NCBI RefSeq assembly: GCF_021028975.2
Contig: NC_059435.1
Span: forward strand, 78,306,001 to 78,370,000
From: Sphaerodactylus townsendi
Taxonomy: Eukaryota
Length of the DNA: 64,000 nucleotides
Reading direction: 5' to 3'
In this document: piece after piece, positions 1 to 11,538 of the stretch
Numbering within the stretch: the first letter of the stretch is position 1
Layout of the letters: each line of letters opens with the position of its first letter
Notes under the pieces: model-generated
Told to the model about the DNA's origin: nothing
What the model saw: only the letters and a program-made list of their open reading frames with translations
Databases searched by the model: none
Made by a program: the position numbers and the translations under genes

Positions 1-245
1 CCTTTCCAGCTTATCAATATTCTTGAATTTAGGTGCCCAGAACTGGACACTGTATTCCAAGTGTGGTCTGAATAGAGTGGTACTATTACATCCCCAGACT
101 TAGACACTATACTTCTGTTGATGCATCCCAGAACTTCACTGGCTTTCTTGGCTGCCACATCACACTGCTGACTCATGTTCAGTTTGTGGTCTACTAAGAC
201 CTCCAGGTCCCTTTCACATGCACTGTTGTCAAGCCAGGTGTCATT
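1..245 (-). mobile_element. CR1 LINE reverse-transcriptase fragment
   Basis: Reverse complement matches the CR1 copy at 8590-8810 (atgagtcagcagtgtgat..gcagccaagaaagcc; gtccagttctgggcacc). Confidence 0.85.
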
Positions 246-400
246 CCTGGCTCCTCCGCATGAAGCCTGCTGGGTGACCTTGGGCCAGTCTCAGTTCTCT
301 CCGAACTCTGTCAGTCCATCTGCCTCTCAAAGTGTCTGTTGTGGGGAGAGGAAGGGGAAAGGGCCACTTACAGGAGAGAAAGGGTGCAAATCCAAGCCCT
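246..400 (+). mobile_element. Squamate SINE body fragment
   Basis: gctgggtgaccttgggccagtc and gttgtggggagaggaaggg are shared with the fuller SINE copies at 33588 and 45523. Confidence 0.65.
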
Positions 401-899
401 TCTTCACCTGCCTGCTGGAATCACAATGGCTGGAAGGGACAGGTGCTCTGTTTCCAGGGCTAGCAGAAGCTCACCCATCTTTTATTCCCTGCGGTGTAGC
501 TGGTTCAGGGTGGCAGCCACAAGCCTCAAAGGGCAATGGCCTCGGTCGCTTTCTGGGAATGGAGGCAGCTGCATTGAATGACCCCAGAACGACAGCCCAC
601 CTCCAGGCTGCAGAGCTCAGCCCCCTTGGGCAGCCCCCCTAAGGCATCAGACCCCGCTGAGATCTCTGCGGTGCTCCTGGACTCGAACCTAAGGTTGCCA
701 ACTTCAGGGTGGACAGCTCCTGGAGATTGGGAGGGTGTGATGGAGACTGGCAGGGCGGAACTTGGGGAGGGGCGGGCCGGATATCACAGAGTCCCCCCTC
801 CAAAGCAACCACGGTGCGTCCTCCGCAGAGGCTGTTCTCTACGGGCAGCAGATCACTAGTAAGTAACCCCAGGAAAGCTCCAGGGTCACGTGGCGCTCT

Positions 900-1700
900 C
901 CCTTCTCCAGACTTCCGGGAAAGTTCCCAGGGCTTCCGGCAGCACTTCCCTCTTCCTCGCGCTCCCGGAGGTTTTTACTTCTTAACCCCCGCCCCCCCAC
1001 CACACTAGGACTACATCTCCCGTGGAGCCTCTTACGGGATCTCGCGCTCCTGAGAAAACATCGCGAGATCTGCCAGTGGGCCGGCTTCTCCGCAGGAACT
1101 CAATTTCCCACAATGCACTGGAGCCCTGAAGGAAAACACGGGGAAGTACGAGTTTGGGTGGGCGAGACGAGCGGCCATTTCCGGTTCGTTCATCCGGGTA
1201 CTCGTAGTCGTTAAGGGGAAAAAAAAAAAGCCGTGGCGAGAGAGAAAGGTGGCCTCGCCCCACCGCCGCGCGGCGGGCACGTGACGTCAACGCGTGAGGT
1301 CACCGCCCCGGCGATGATGCGACGGTGACGCGGCCCTCGCGTCCGCCACGGCCGGGACCGTCGCGGAGTTGCTATGGCAACCTCACCTGCCGGGTCAGGG
1401 GGTCACCGCCAGGCCTGGTGAGCGAGGGCGGGAGGGAGGGGCTCTCGGGCGGGGTCGCTGGTTTCCTCGGAGGGCGCCGCCGCCGGGCCCTCTCGGACCC
1501 CCCTCTCGACGGGGAGCGGGCGGAGGAGCCGCAGGGCGCCTTCTGGGATTAGGGGGGAGCCGCCTGCGCCCGCGGCGATGAGGAGCGGGGGTCGGGGCCG
1601 AGTGGCGTTGCCGCCGCCGCCGCCGCCGGAGGGGAGCCGTTCCTGCGTGGGGGGCCCCAGAGCCGCAAGGAGCGCCTCGTCCCTCCCCGCTGAATTCGCC
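900..1700 (+). promoter_or_regulatory. CpG-island promoter of ZNF gene 1
   Basis: CpG-rich. ZNF143-like ACTACATCTCCC (~1011) and AACTCAATTTCCCACAATGCA (~1097), YY1/ETS-like GGCCATTTCCGG (~1173), overlapping E-box/CRE CACGTGACGTCA (~1278), RFX X-box GTTGCTATGGCAAC (1368-1381), donor CTG|GTGAGC at 1417/1418. Confidence 0.8.
1374..1417 (+). CDS. ZNF gene 1, putative first coding exon (MATSPAGSGGHRQA)
   Basis: ATG followed by a phase-2 GTGAGC donor; joins the 5441 exon without a stop. Confidence 0.35.
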
Positions 1701-4700
1701 TGCAGCCCGCCTTTCCCACCAGGCGCCTCGCGTGGTTCTCCGCTTCTCCCCTTTAGCCTCACAACAACCCCGCGAGGTAGGTTAGGGCGGGATAGTCTGT
1801 TTCTGGCCGACGGCCCCCCCCCCCCCGCCCCCAACCCCCGGGACTGGAGGAATGAAACCAAAATCTTTTCCCTAGAAAAAACAATCTCCGGACATATCTG
1901 CCACCTGCGCCTGGAATCAGCCTTGATGTGTTCGTATCTCTCCATAATACGTTCAGGGCAGTAGCAGCACAGTTCCTCTCTTCCATTTGATAGTCACAAC
2001 AGCCCTGCGAGGCAGGTTAGGATGAGAGTGACCAACTGGCCCAAGATCGCCCTGCAGGCTTGCGGGGGGGGGGCGGGGGATCAGATGCCGGCCTCCCAAA
2101 CCCCAGTTTGACCCTTTAACCCCTGCGCCAGGCTGGCTTTCTCTTTGGCCTCCTTATCTGCTGGTTCCCCTGGCCTCCAGAAGCAGAGGGGCCACCTGGT
2201 CCAGCCTTCTGCAGGTGGGAGGTCAGCGGGGGCTGTGTTGGAGTGCCAGGTTGCTACGTTGCAATTGTGGGATGTTGAGGTGAGGACGTTTTAATGGGAA
2301 CTCCGGCCTCTTGAGGAAACGGCTCCCCATTTTTGTCTTTCGCCCACGGCTGGTTTTGGGGAAAAGATTCAGAGTCTCAGTTACCAGCATCACTTTCCAG
2401 CCAGGCAAGTAGATTTGGTTTAGCAGTCTGGCAAGGAGCAAAGATCTCAGAAGCCCTGACAGTTTGCCCTCGCTGCAAAATGTGACTCAAGGTGGACAGC
2501 AGGGATCAGAAAGGGCTCTGTGGCCGCTTGGGGCATGGCTGTAATAGTTCTGGGCTGGCTACTGAAAATGGCTCGTTTCTCCTCTGCTGCTCGGAGGCTG
2601 CAACAGGTCCACCTGGTGGGTAGGTGGGTGCGGACGGAGCTCGTCTGGAAGAGGGGTTGAGAAATGGAACCTTCATCCTGGCCGGCCCTTTCTCCATGCT
2701 TGCTCCTCTGGGGACCTCGCTGGCTTCTGCATAATCTCTCCAGTGGGTGGTCCGCACCTCCCGCCTTGACAGCTCTCGTCTTTTGCCAGTTGTGGTGAAC
2801 GGGACGCACAGTTGATGTGCTTGGTGCTGACGAGGGATTCAGTGCAAAAATCAGCCTTCTCCTCTGAAAAAGAGGTCCTTCCTTGGCTGGCTGTTTTGCT
2901 TCTGTGGGGTTTGGCTTTCCCAGTTGTCGATGGTCATCTAGTTTCATCTGCTGAGGGCCGCCTTGCTGTGGGGCTGCTTGACTGATCCCAGTTTCTGTGG
3001 CTGTGTGGTGGGCCTGAGACACTGAGGTGGACATGTGGGAAGAGCCGTGCTGTGACAAGACTCAGTGGCTACCCCCCCCCCCCGCCCCCAACAAGACAGT
3101 CTTGGAATGGAGGTGTGCCAGGGGTAGGACTTCATCCCCAGCCCCCATCTTGTCCTAAGCCCTCAGGGAGGGGCCCTTTGGCACTGGAGTTAGGGGTGAT
3201 GGTGAGTTTTCTGCCTGGCAGGTGAATGGGGTTGAGAGCAGTGTCATCAAAGTGACCGTCTCTTGGATGTTGTAAGAGAATGAATGAAATTGGTGAAGGC
3301 TGAGGGCACGGATAGGGGGCCGGAGGGATAATAGAGAAGTGGTGAGTTGCTGTCCAAGATCCAGGCTGCTCAGGTGTGTTCCTACTGCAGCAGTTTTGCA
3401 GGTGGACCCCACCTGACCAAGCAACCCTTGTTCCTTTCAAGTAGTGGGTGGGCCTGGCCTCCTATCCCTGGGCTGTGACTCAGTTTGCTGGTTCCGTTTG
3501 GATGCTTTACATCTCTCAGAGAGAAAAGTTAGTGAATCTGCATCCAGACTGATGGATAGTTAGGCAACTTTCTTATTAGAAAAGAATAGAATGTTGAGAT
3601 CGTCAGAGTCCAGCTTGCTTGTTTGGGCAAAATCCTAGAATATGCACAATTTTGAATAACTCGGTGTCTCCCAGGAACTCTTGACTGGATTGTAAAAGAA
3701 AGGATTGAATGGTGGGTTTGGGGAAAGACTTGCAGGAATCTTCTGTTGGTCTTACAATCAACTGAAGAAGGAACTTCCTGTGGAGGAGGAGGAGGAGGAG
3801 GAGAGCGGCTTCAGGCCTGGAATGCTGAATCGTTCTGTGGAGTGAGGACAAAACTCCGTCTTATCCAGCATCCTGTTTCCAACAGGGACAGCGCACCAGA
3901 AGCTCTGTGAGCTGACATTATTGCTACAACCGCTGCAGCGTGCCTTGCACTGAGTGCTGCTTCTGCACATGCAGGTTCTGGTTGCTGTTGAGGGACCCCT
4001 TGACTTTTCTGGATGTGGCTCCTCTGCTTGCAGAAGCTGTGGGACAGCATCACAGACCAGTGAAGTCTGAATTGGAACCTTTTCCTGTAATAATTTTAAT
4101 AACATTAGACAAATTTAAATAATGTAAAAATCATGCAAAAGAGGGCGCGTGCACTTCCTCCAATTCTGGGTTATGCATAAGCATTGGGATGTGTCTCTCC
4201 TCCGCATCCCATGTTTAGCCCACCCGGCATCATTGATTTGCAGCATAACTGCTCTGGCAATTATAAGCAGAGGCTGTAGGGGAAAAGTGTGAGACCAGGG
4301 CACTGTTAAGACTGACAGAGTTTTATTTTTGGCATGAGTTTTCATGTGCATGCACCTGGGGACTTATTCCAAGAATGGAACTTTGTTGGTCTTAAAGCTG
4401 CCCCTGGACTCAAACCTATTTCTGCTGCTTCAGAGCACCCCAGATATCCAGCTGAATCTGGATTAGAGGCTGTATTGGAAAAAATTCTGTTTTGGGAAAT
4501 TTCTGCTCCACATCGTTGTAATGAATTTCGTTCCTGAGCTGGGCCTGACTCTGTGGCCCATCTGGAAGTGCCAAAGTTCTAGTATTTGTGGGGAAGATTT
4601 CCATCCACTTTCTCTGCACCCTGCATAATTTTGCAGACTCTCTGTGTGTCTCCTCCACCTTAGTTGTCATATCACTAAATTGGCAAGCTCCAAAGGCTCC

Positions 4701-5440
4701 TTAGTTTTTTCTCTGGGGGGATGACTTGGCCTCCCTTTCCTTGCTGTGCAAGACCCTTGTAGAGGAGGGAGCAGCCGGTCTTCCTGCTTTATAGGGAGGG
4801 CTGGCCCTGGGCATTTATAACTTCCCCTCTGGGGGATTAGTGTGTTCCCTCCCCCCATCCTTATCTGGAAAAGTTGCAGTTTGCATTTTTGTCAGATGCA
4901 ATGAAAAGGTGTCTCTTGTTGGGCCTAATCTTTGCGTGAGCATTAGGACAGCCCGGCCTTCCTTCCTCAGGCTCCCGTGAAAGGCCGTGGTCTTGAGCTC
5001 AGGTGGTGCTTCGCTGGGCTGGGCCTGTTGCGTGGTGGAACAGCAGAGCAGCATCCATGAGGTATGCAGGGAGACTGAGGGCGTTTTCCCACTTACCTTC
5101 TGCCCCGCGCTACTGTAGGCAAGTAGCATGGGTTCCCCCGGCACTCCCCACTACAGGGGCAGTGACAACGCAGCCACCCCGACGCTGCCGCTGCTCTTCC
5201 AAATGGCGCTGCTCTTCCAAATGACGCTTCCAAATGGCGCCTTTTGATGACCTTGCGCTCTGGGCACGCACCAGAAATGGCACGCGCTGTGAGCAGCGTG
5301 CGGCATAGGGGGGGCGTGGCAAGTGGGGAAACACCCTGAATGAAGGTGCAGATCAGCCAGCCTTGCCCCGGAGGCACTCACCCACCCACCCCCACCCCAA
5401 TTTGCTCTCTGTGCCCTCTCTGTCTCTTCCGCTTGGCCAG

Positions 5441-5507
5441 GAGCCTTTCAGAAAACATAGCAAAAATAAGCAGGAAGCAGGAGGGTTCGAATAGTGGCAC
5501 CCGCAAG
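5441..5507 (+). CDS. ZNF gene 1, putative 67-nt exon upstream of KRAB-A
   Basis: Pyrimidine tract plus CAG acceptor and AAG|GTGAGT donor. It starts GAGCCTT like the equivalent exon of gene 2 (17718). Confidence 0.5.
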
Positions 5508-6014
5508 GTGAGTCCCACTGGCCTTTCAGGTTGTTGAAGTGAAGCGTGGGCTTCCCTCCTTGGAGGTCTGCACCAGGAAACGCCCACAGGGGGTGCTGCC
5601 CAGGGAGGATGACAGAAGGGAAGCCTGAGCCATGGGATGGAGCTTTTGGGGACTACATGTGGCCTTTCTTCACCTTGCTGCCTGGCCCAGGTGGGTGCAC
5701 ACGCAAGGGGCTCAGCTTAGTGCAGTTTGTTTAATTCTTCCTTTCCCCCATAGGCCAACGGGGAACGCGTGCGTGTACGCGTGTTTTTTTGGAACAGGGA
5801 CATTTCCTCATTTGTGTCTCGGCCCATAAACAGTGGCTTTCAGCTGGGGAGCTGGAGGGGTGGGTGGGTTGTGCATCTCCCCGGCCTCCCCTTAGCTCCA
5901 CAAAGAATGTATCCAGTTGGTGGGGTTCTGCTGAGCCCTGTCTAAACCCCTGGCCGTGTGGCTTGTGCTTCTGCTGCGCAAGGCAGCGCTGACCAGCTTT
6001 GTGTGTTGCAGCAG

Positions 6015-6124
6015 GTGATGCTTGAGCCCCTCCTGGACTGTGTCTCCCTGGAGGAGTCCCTGGAGCATCTGCAAGAAGCTGGTGGAGGTGGTGATGGAGA
6101 ATTACGAGCTGGTCACTTCCCTGG
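6015..6124 (+). other. ZNF gene 1, degenerate frameshifted KRAB-A exon
   Basis: Ends KKLVEVVMENYELVTSL(G)|GTAAAA like KRAB-A. It is 110 nt instead of 127, and its 5' half (VMLEPLLDCVSLEE) is in another frame. Confidence 0.75.
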
Positions 6125-6717
6125 GTAAAATGTCTTTGACTTCCTTTCAGGGATGTTGGCGGGTGGTGGTGGTGGTGGGGGAGAATGCTTCATTCCCTGT
6201 TCTGCGTCAGATCTGTAGGGCTGGAGACCTTTCTGTGGTGGGCTGTGCTCAAGCAAGGCCTTCTGTCGGCAGGGCTGGCCAGTTTCCTGGCAGACAAGAC
6301 TGCCAGCGCTCTCCCCTCCCTGCAGCAGCAGCAGCACAAAGTGGCTGCAATCTGGTGCCGGTGGGTGGGTGGGTGGGTGGGGGAGCAGCCGGAGCTTCCC
6401 TGTCCAGTGCAGGGAGGAGTTGGGAGCCCTCCCCCCGATGGGTGTTGCCACATTCTTGCTTGGAGGCTGTTAGGCAGGAGCGATGGTTGCTGTGTCCACA
6501 TCTGGTCAAAGATGTCAGGCTGCCGTGTGGACCGTCCTGCATGAAGCCTTGGCTTTGGAGGAGATTTGTGAGGGAGAAAACCCCTGGAATCTCTGGCATT
6601 CTGCTTTCTTCCTAGTTGGCTGCCCCAGCAGGTGCCAGTTAATCAGACCTCTCGCGGGCACTGGGCCACCCTGTCTCAAGCAGCGTTGGTGAGTCTGGGT
6701 TCTGTATTGTTATACAG

Positions 6718-6828
6718 GGTATCCAGTTCTCAAACCCGATCTCCTGTCTCGGATTGAGCGTGCCGGAGAGCCATGTCTTGGTGATCAGCTGGACTCTGCC
6801 AGAGGGATTCCACAGGACCCCTGCCCAG
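6718..6828 (+). CDS. ZNF gene 1, KRAB-B exon
   Basis: Phase 1-1 exon (tatacag|...CCAG|GTGAGC) translating GYPVLKPDLLSRIERAGEPC, a typical KRAB-B. Confidence 0.85.
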
Positions 6829-8423
6829 GTGAGCCACACTTGGTCTTATTGCCACATGTGAATCCTGAGGGGGGGGGGGTTTGTCTCTGGGCCCCACCCT
6901 TCCATCCCGGGCTCAGCTTTCTCGAAATCCTGCTTTGCCCTGCAGTATCTTCACATTATGCCGGGAGTGAACACAGGCCACAGTCTCCCACCAGTTTGGC
7001 TGCTTTATGTGTGTGTTTACTGGTAGCAGGAATAAATGCGGTATTTCTACCAGATCCATTTACCATCCCCCTAAAAAGTAATGCTCTTTTCTAGAAGTTG
7101 CATAGCTGTGGGTTGAGCTTAATCACCTGGCCAAGACCTTGAAGGAAGTCCTTGCTCTGCTTCTGTGCTATAGGAATGACCTCACCTGGCTGCTTCCTGT
7201 TCACCTCCTGGCCTTCAGGTTCTCTGAGGCCAGATGGCCCACATGCAGCCAAGGGAGTCCAAGGCTGGAACTACCTGAAGTGGTGCACGGAACACAGAAA
7301 CCAGCTGTATCTCAACTGCAAACGCAGAACTAAATTGCAGACATTATTGATTTATTGAAAACATTTATTAGCTGCCTTCCTTCCTGATGGAGTTCAAGGC
7401 AGTTTACAATGTGGATCAAATATACAAAATACATAAACATAAAAACGTTAAATTTAAAATTACAATTCAGGATTGCTAGTAAACTTCACCAAAAGTGGCC
7501 CTGAAGAACTCCCTCCTCAGCTGCCTCCTGAGGGCTGGGCGTGAAGGGACCCGGGGGGGGGGGGCACTCCCTGGAGAGGTGGTTCCATCATTGTAGGGCT
7601 GCCGCAGAAAAGATCCCATCTCACAAACCCAACAAACGAGCTTTGATTGGTGAGACAGTCAGGAGGAACCTCCCCTGTGATATTAAATACAGGAGAAGAT
7701 GGTACCAAACCGTGTAGGGCTTTAAAGTTCTGGTCTGATGATGTACCTGAATGGTGGAAAGAGTGAATGTTGTTAAGTTAAGCTGAGATAATTTGCTGTC
7801 TGTAACTTTTGCGGGTGCTGTTACCTGTGCTTGCTTCTTGGAGATAAGGAAGGGCTCCTGGCGAGTTCTATCCCTCCTGCTGTGTTGTGTGTGTGTGTGT
7901 GTGTGGGGGGGTGTCTTTCCCACAAGACAAGTTTCTGTCCTTTGGGATGTTTCCTGTTCCTTTTCCTCCCTCATCTGCTGTTAGCTTGCATTGAGCTCAG
8001 TGATCGCATCTTCAGTCTTACCAGTTCTTCTCTTCCCCTGCATTAGGCTACCGTTTTTTCAAACCCGAAGGCTTGTCTTGGTTCGAACGGTGGGAAGAGC
8101 TGGGCATTGCAGACCGCCAGAAGGCCGAGGAAAGCAAGCTGTGCACTGGCTCCTGCCAAGGTGGGTAACGGGGTCTCTTGGGAGGCAACTGACGGGCTGG
8201 AGCGTCTCTGTTTTTGCTCAGGTTTACTGGTGTTCTGCTCTTTTCCCAAAGGAATTATGGGATGGACGCACAGCTTGTTTGTTTGAACCCTTTGCCTGCT
8301 GCAGTCTTGTTCCCGAGGCAGCTGTTGTCTTAACGAGAAACACGTACATATTCTTAAGAAGCAGTTAAAACTGTGCAAAGTGATGGGTTTGTTTTGGTCT
8401 ACTGTTTTTTTCCTGGTTCAGAA

Positions 8424-9243
8424 GACACTAAATTAGAAGGGGCTGCTAATACCTCAGAGGACAGGGTCAGAATTCAAAGTGATCTGAACAGATTTGAGAA
8501 CTGGACCCAAACTAACAAATTTCAACAGAGATAAATGTAAGATTCAACACTTAGGCAGAAAAAAAGAAATGCACAGATATAGGATGGGTGACACCTGGCT
8601 TGTGAACGGTGCACGTGAAAAGGATCCAGGAGTCTTAGTAGACCACTAACCGAATATGAGTCAGCAGTGTGATATGGCAGCCAAGAAAGCCAATGCAATT
8701 CTGGGATGCATCAATAAGAGTATAGTGTCTAGATCGAGGGAAGTAATTGTACCACTCTTTTCTGCATTGGAATTTGGAATACTACGTCCAGTTCTGGGCA
8801 CCGCAATTCAAGAAGCTGAAACGGATTCAGAAGAGGGCAAACAAAATGATAAAAGGTCTGGATTCCATGTTCTATGAGGTGAGACTTAGGGAGCTGGGTA
8901 TGTTTAGTGTGGAGAAGAAAAGGGGAAGGGTTCACATGATAACCATGTTTAAATATTTGAAGGGATGTCATGTTGAAGAGGGAGCAAGCTTGTTTTCTGC
9001 TGCTCCAGAGACTAGAACAAAGAGTAATGGATTCATAATACAGGAAAGGAGATTCCACCTAAACATTAGGAAGAACTTCCTGATGGTCAGGGCTGTTTGG
9101 AATCTGCTGCCTCGGAGGGTGGTGGAGTCTCTTTGGAGGTTTTAAAACAGAGGCTGGATGGCCATCTATTGGGAGTGCTTTGACTGCATCTTCCTTCATG
9201 GCAGGGGGTTGGACTTGATGGCCTCTTCCAACTCAATGATTCG
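8424..9243 (+). mobile_element. CR1 LINE 3' fragment
   Basis: ORF remnants MSQQCDMAAKKANAILGCI and LEYYVQFWAPQFKK...RFHLNIRKNFL, then a CR1-type 3' end. Confidence 0.92.
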
Positions 9244-9976
9244 AAAGTGCACACATTCTATAGTACTCTCGATCTTAAATCTGTCAGTTGGGCATTAAAA
9301 TCACATGCACAGCAAACACCTTTTTAAAAAAGCAGTCACCCAGTTCTCAGTTCTGCTTCTCACAGGGCTCCTGGTGCAGGGGTTCGGGGTTGCTCCGCTG
9401 TGGTTTCAGGTCGGGATAATGAAAACGTGCTCCGTGGTTTGCTGTAGCGGAAGCAGTTGGCTTCAGTCGCAGTCCACCCTGTCAGGCGTTACTCCCGCAT
9501 GGTTTCTATCCCGCCTTTCCTTGTGGTTCACGGTAGCTTAACAATAACAGTTAAAACATCCCTAGCTAAGCCAACAATAAAATAGCACACCCCAAAGCCC
9601 TCCCCCTCTTAAAAGATGCCAGCCATCCAAATCTCTAAAGCCCAAGCAAAGAGGCAGGCCTGGCAGCGCCTCCTGGAGATCTTCAAGGAGCCCCCCCACC
9701 CCTCCAGGCAGCCCATTCCACAGCGCCTGAGCCATGATGGGAGAGGCCTGGCCTCTGGGTGGTGGGGAAGCCGACAGACGGCTGCCATGATGAGGCACCG
9801 TCTTGGTGTTGAAACTCTCTAGAAGGCCAACCAGAAGGTTTTGCAGCAGGCTGTCCTTTGGCCCCAGGGGAGCAGAGCTGGGCTTCAGTCTAAACTCCTT
9901 GGAGATGTGCAGCAGCGAGTCCTGCCTTGAGCAGATTTGGTGACCCCCCCGTTCTGTTTCTCCTCTCCCCCTCCAG

Positions 9977-11538
9977 GAGCGGCTGGGCGTGGCAAGGCCA
10001 TCAAGGAAGAGGAAGGCGGCCCAAAGGGCTTTGCAGCCAGTCTTGAGCGCTACCAGCTTTTTCCTGACAGCTCCCGAGCTGGGCTCTTCCTGACCCCCAA
10101 CGCTGCCCAGCTGCGAGCCCAGCCCCGGGTCAAGAAAGAAGAGGTGGCCTCTTGCGAGCCGAGTCTCTGTGGTCCCGGCCGCCCGCCCCAGGGGCTGGGG
10201 TCGGGCCCCTTTGCCTGCGTGGTCTGCGGGAAGTGCTTCCGGCAGAAGCAAGGCCTCATCACACATGGGCGGATCCACACCGGGGAGAAGCCCTACCCGT
10301 GCCTGGAGTGTGGCAAACGCTTCCGCCAGCGCCCCAACCTGTTGACCCACCAGCGGGTGCACACGGGCGAGCGCCCCTTCCCTTGCCTGCGCTGCGGGAA
10401 GCGCTTCAGCCAGAAGGCCAACCTGGCGGCCCACCAGCGCACCCACGCGGTCCAGGAGGGGCTCATCAGCCCCGAGCCCAAGGCCCCCGTGCAGCGCGGG
10501 AGCCGCCAGACGGAGAAGCCATTCCCCTGCAGCGTCTGCGGGAAGAGCTTCAGCCAGCGGCCCAACCTGATCACCCACCAGCGCATCCACACTGGCGAGA
10601 AGCCCTTTGCCTGCACCGAGTGCGGGAAGCGCTTCAACCAGCGGGCCAACCTGATCACCCACCGGCGCATCCATTCAGGGGAGCGGCCTTTTCCCTGCGC
10701 CACCTGCGGCCGGCGCTTCAGCCAGAAGGGCAACCTCGCGGCACACCAGCGCACCCACTCGCAGCAGCGGCCCCATGCCTGCACCTGCTGCCCCAAGCGC
10801 TTCAAGGGGGAGTCGGCTCTGCGTGCGCACCAGAGGACCCACCGGCAGGTCCTGGGGGCCGACCCCTTGTCTGGCGCCCTCCTGGCAGCCCCCAGCCTCC
10901 AGCAAGCTCTCTCTGGCGACCCTGCGACAGTCACCCACCGGGCAACCCCGGCCCCCTGCCAGGATCTTGCTGGGGATGCCACTCCAGGCGTCCATCGGGC
11001 ACCCTCCTCTGGCCCGCATGGACCCCCCCATGGGCAGAGTCTTCCTGGGGACCCCCCTCCTCCTGGTCCGCATGCAACAGGCACCCCCACCCACCTCCAG
11101 GGAGTTGTGCCAAGTTCTGAGCAGGGGCCCAAGCTGAGCGCCCCCCCGCCAGTGATGGATCCCCACACCGAGATGCTTCATTGCCAACGCCGGCTGAGCC
11201 TGCCTGCGCTGCCCACGTCCAGCGCGCACCCCGTGGTCCCCATGGGGCAGGCCCAGCCCGTCACTGCCAAGCAGAAGAGCCTCGCCCTCCCCCGCTCTTC
11301 CGCCATGGATGCCCCGAGCGAGATGCTGCATTGCCTCTGCCACGCCAGCCGGGCCTCCTTGGTCATTCCTCACCCCCCACATCTGGGGCAGCTCCAGGCG
11401 GGGAGCAGAGACACCCCTGGCCGGGCCTGGCTTGGTATCCCCTGCCCTCCACGGGCCCTTCAACTCCAGCAGGGGGGCCAGAGCCACCCGGCTGCCCCCA
11501 ACCCCAGACTGTGCTCCATCCCGGACTCCTTGCGATAG
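9977..11538 (+). CDS. ZNF gene 1 terminal exon, 7 C2H2 fingers and a Pro/His-rich tail
   Basis: Phase-1 acceptor ctccag|GA in frame with ORF 9937-11538. 3+4 fingers with TGEKP linkers (helices QKQGL, QRPNL, QKANL, QRPNL, QRANL, QKGNL, GESAL). Confidence 0.93.

Noticed and set aside
6616-6688. AG/GT-bounded 73-nt segment as a frame-restoring exon
   Set aside because: It leaves a 29-nt intron and does not restore the phase KRAB-B needs.
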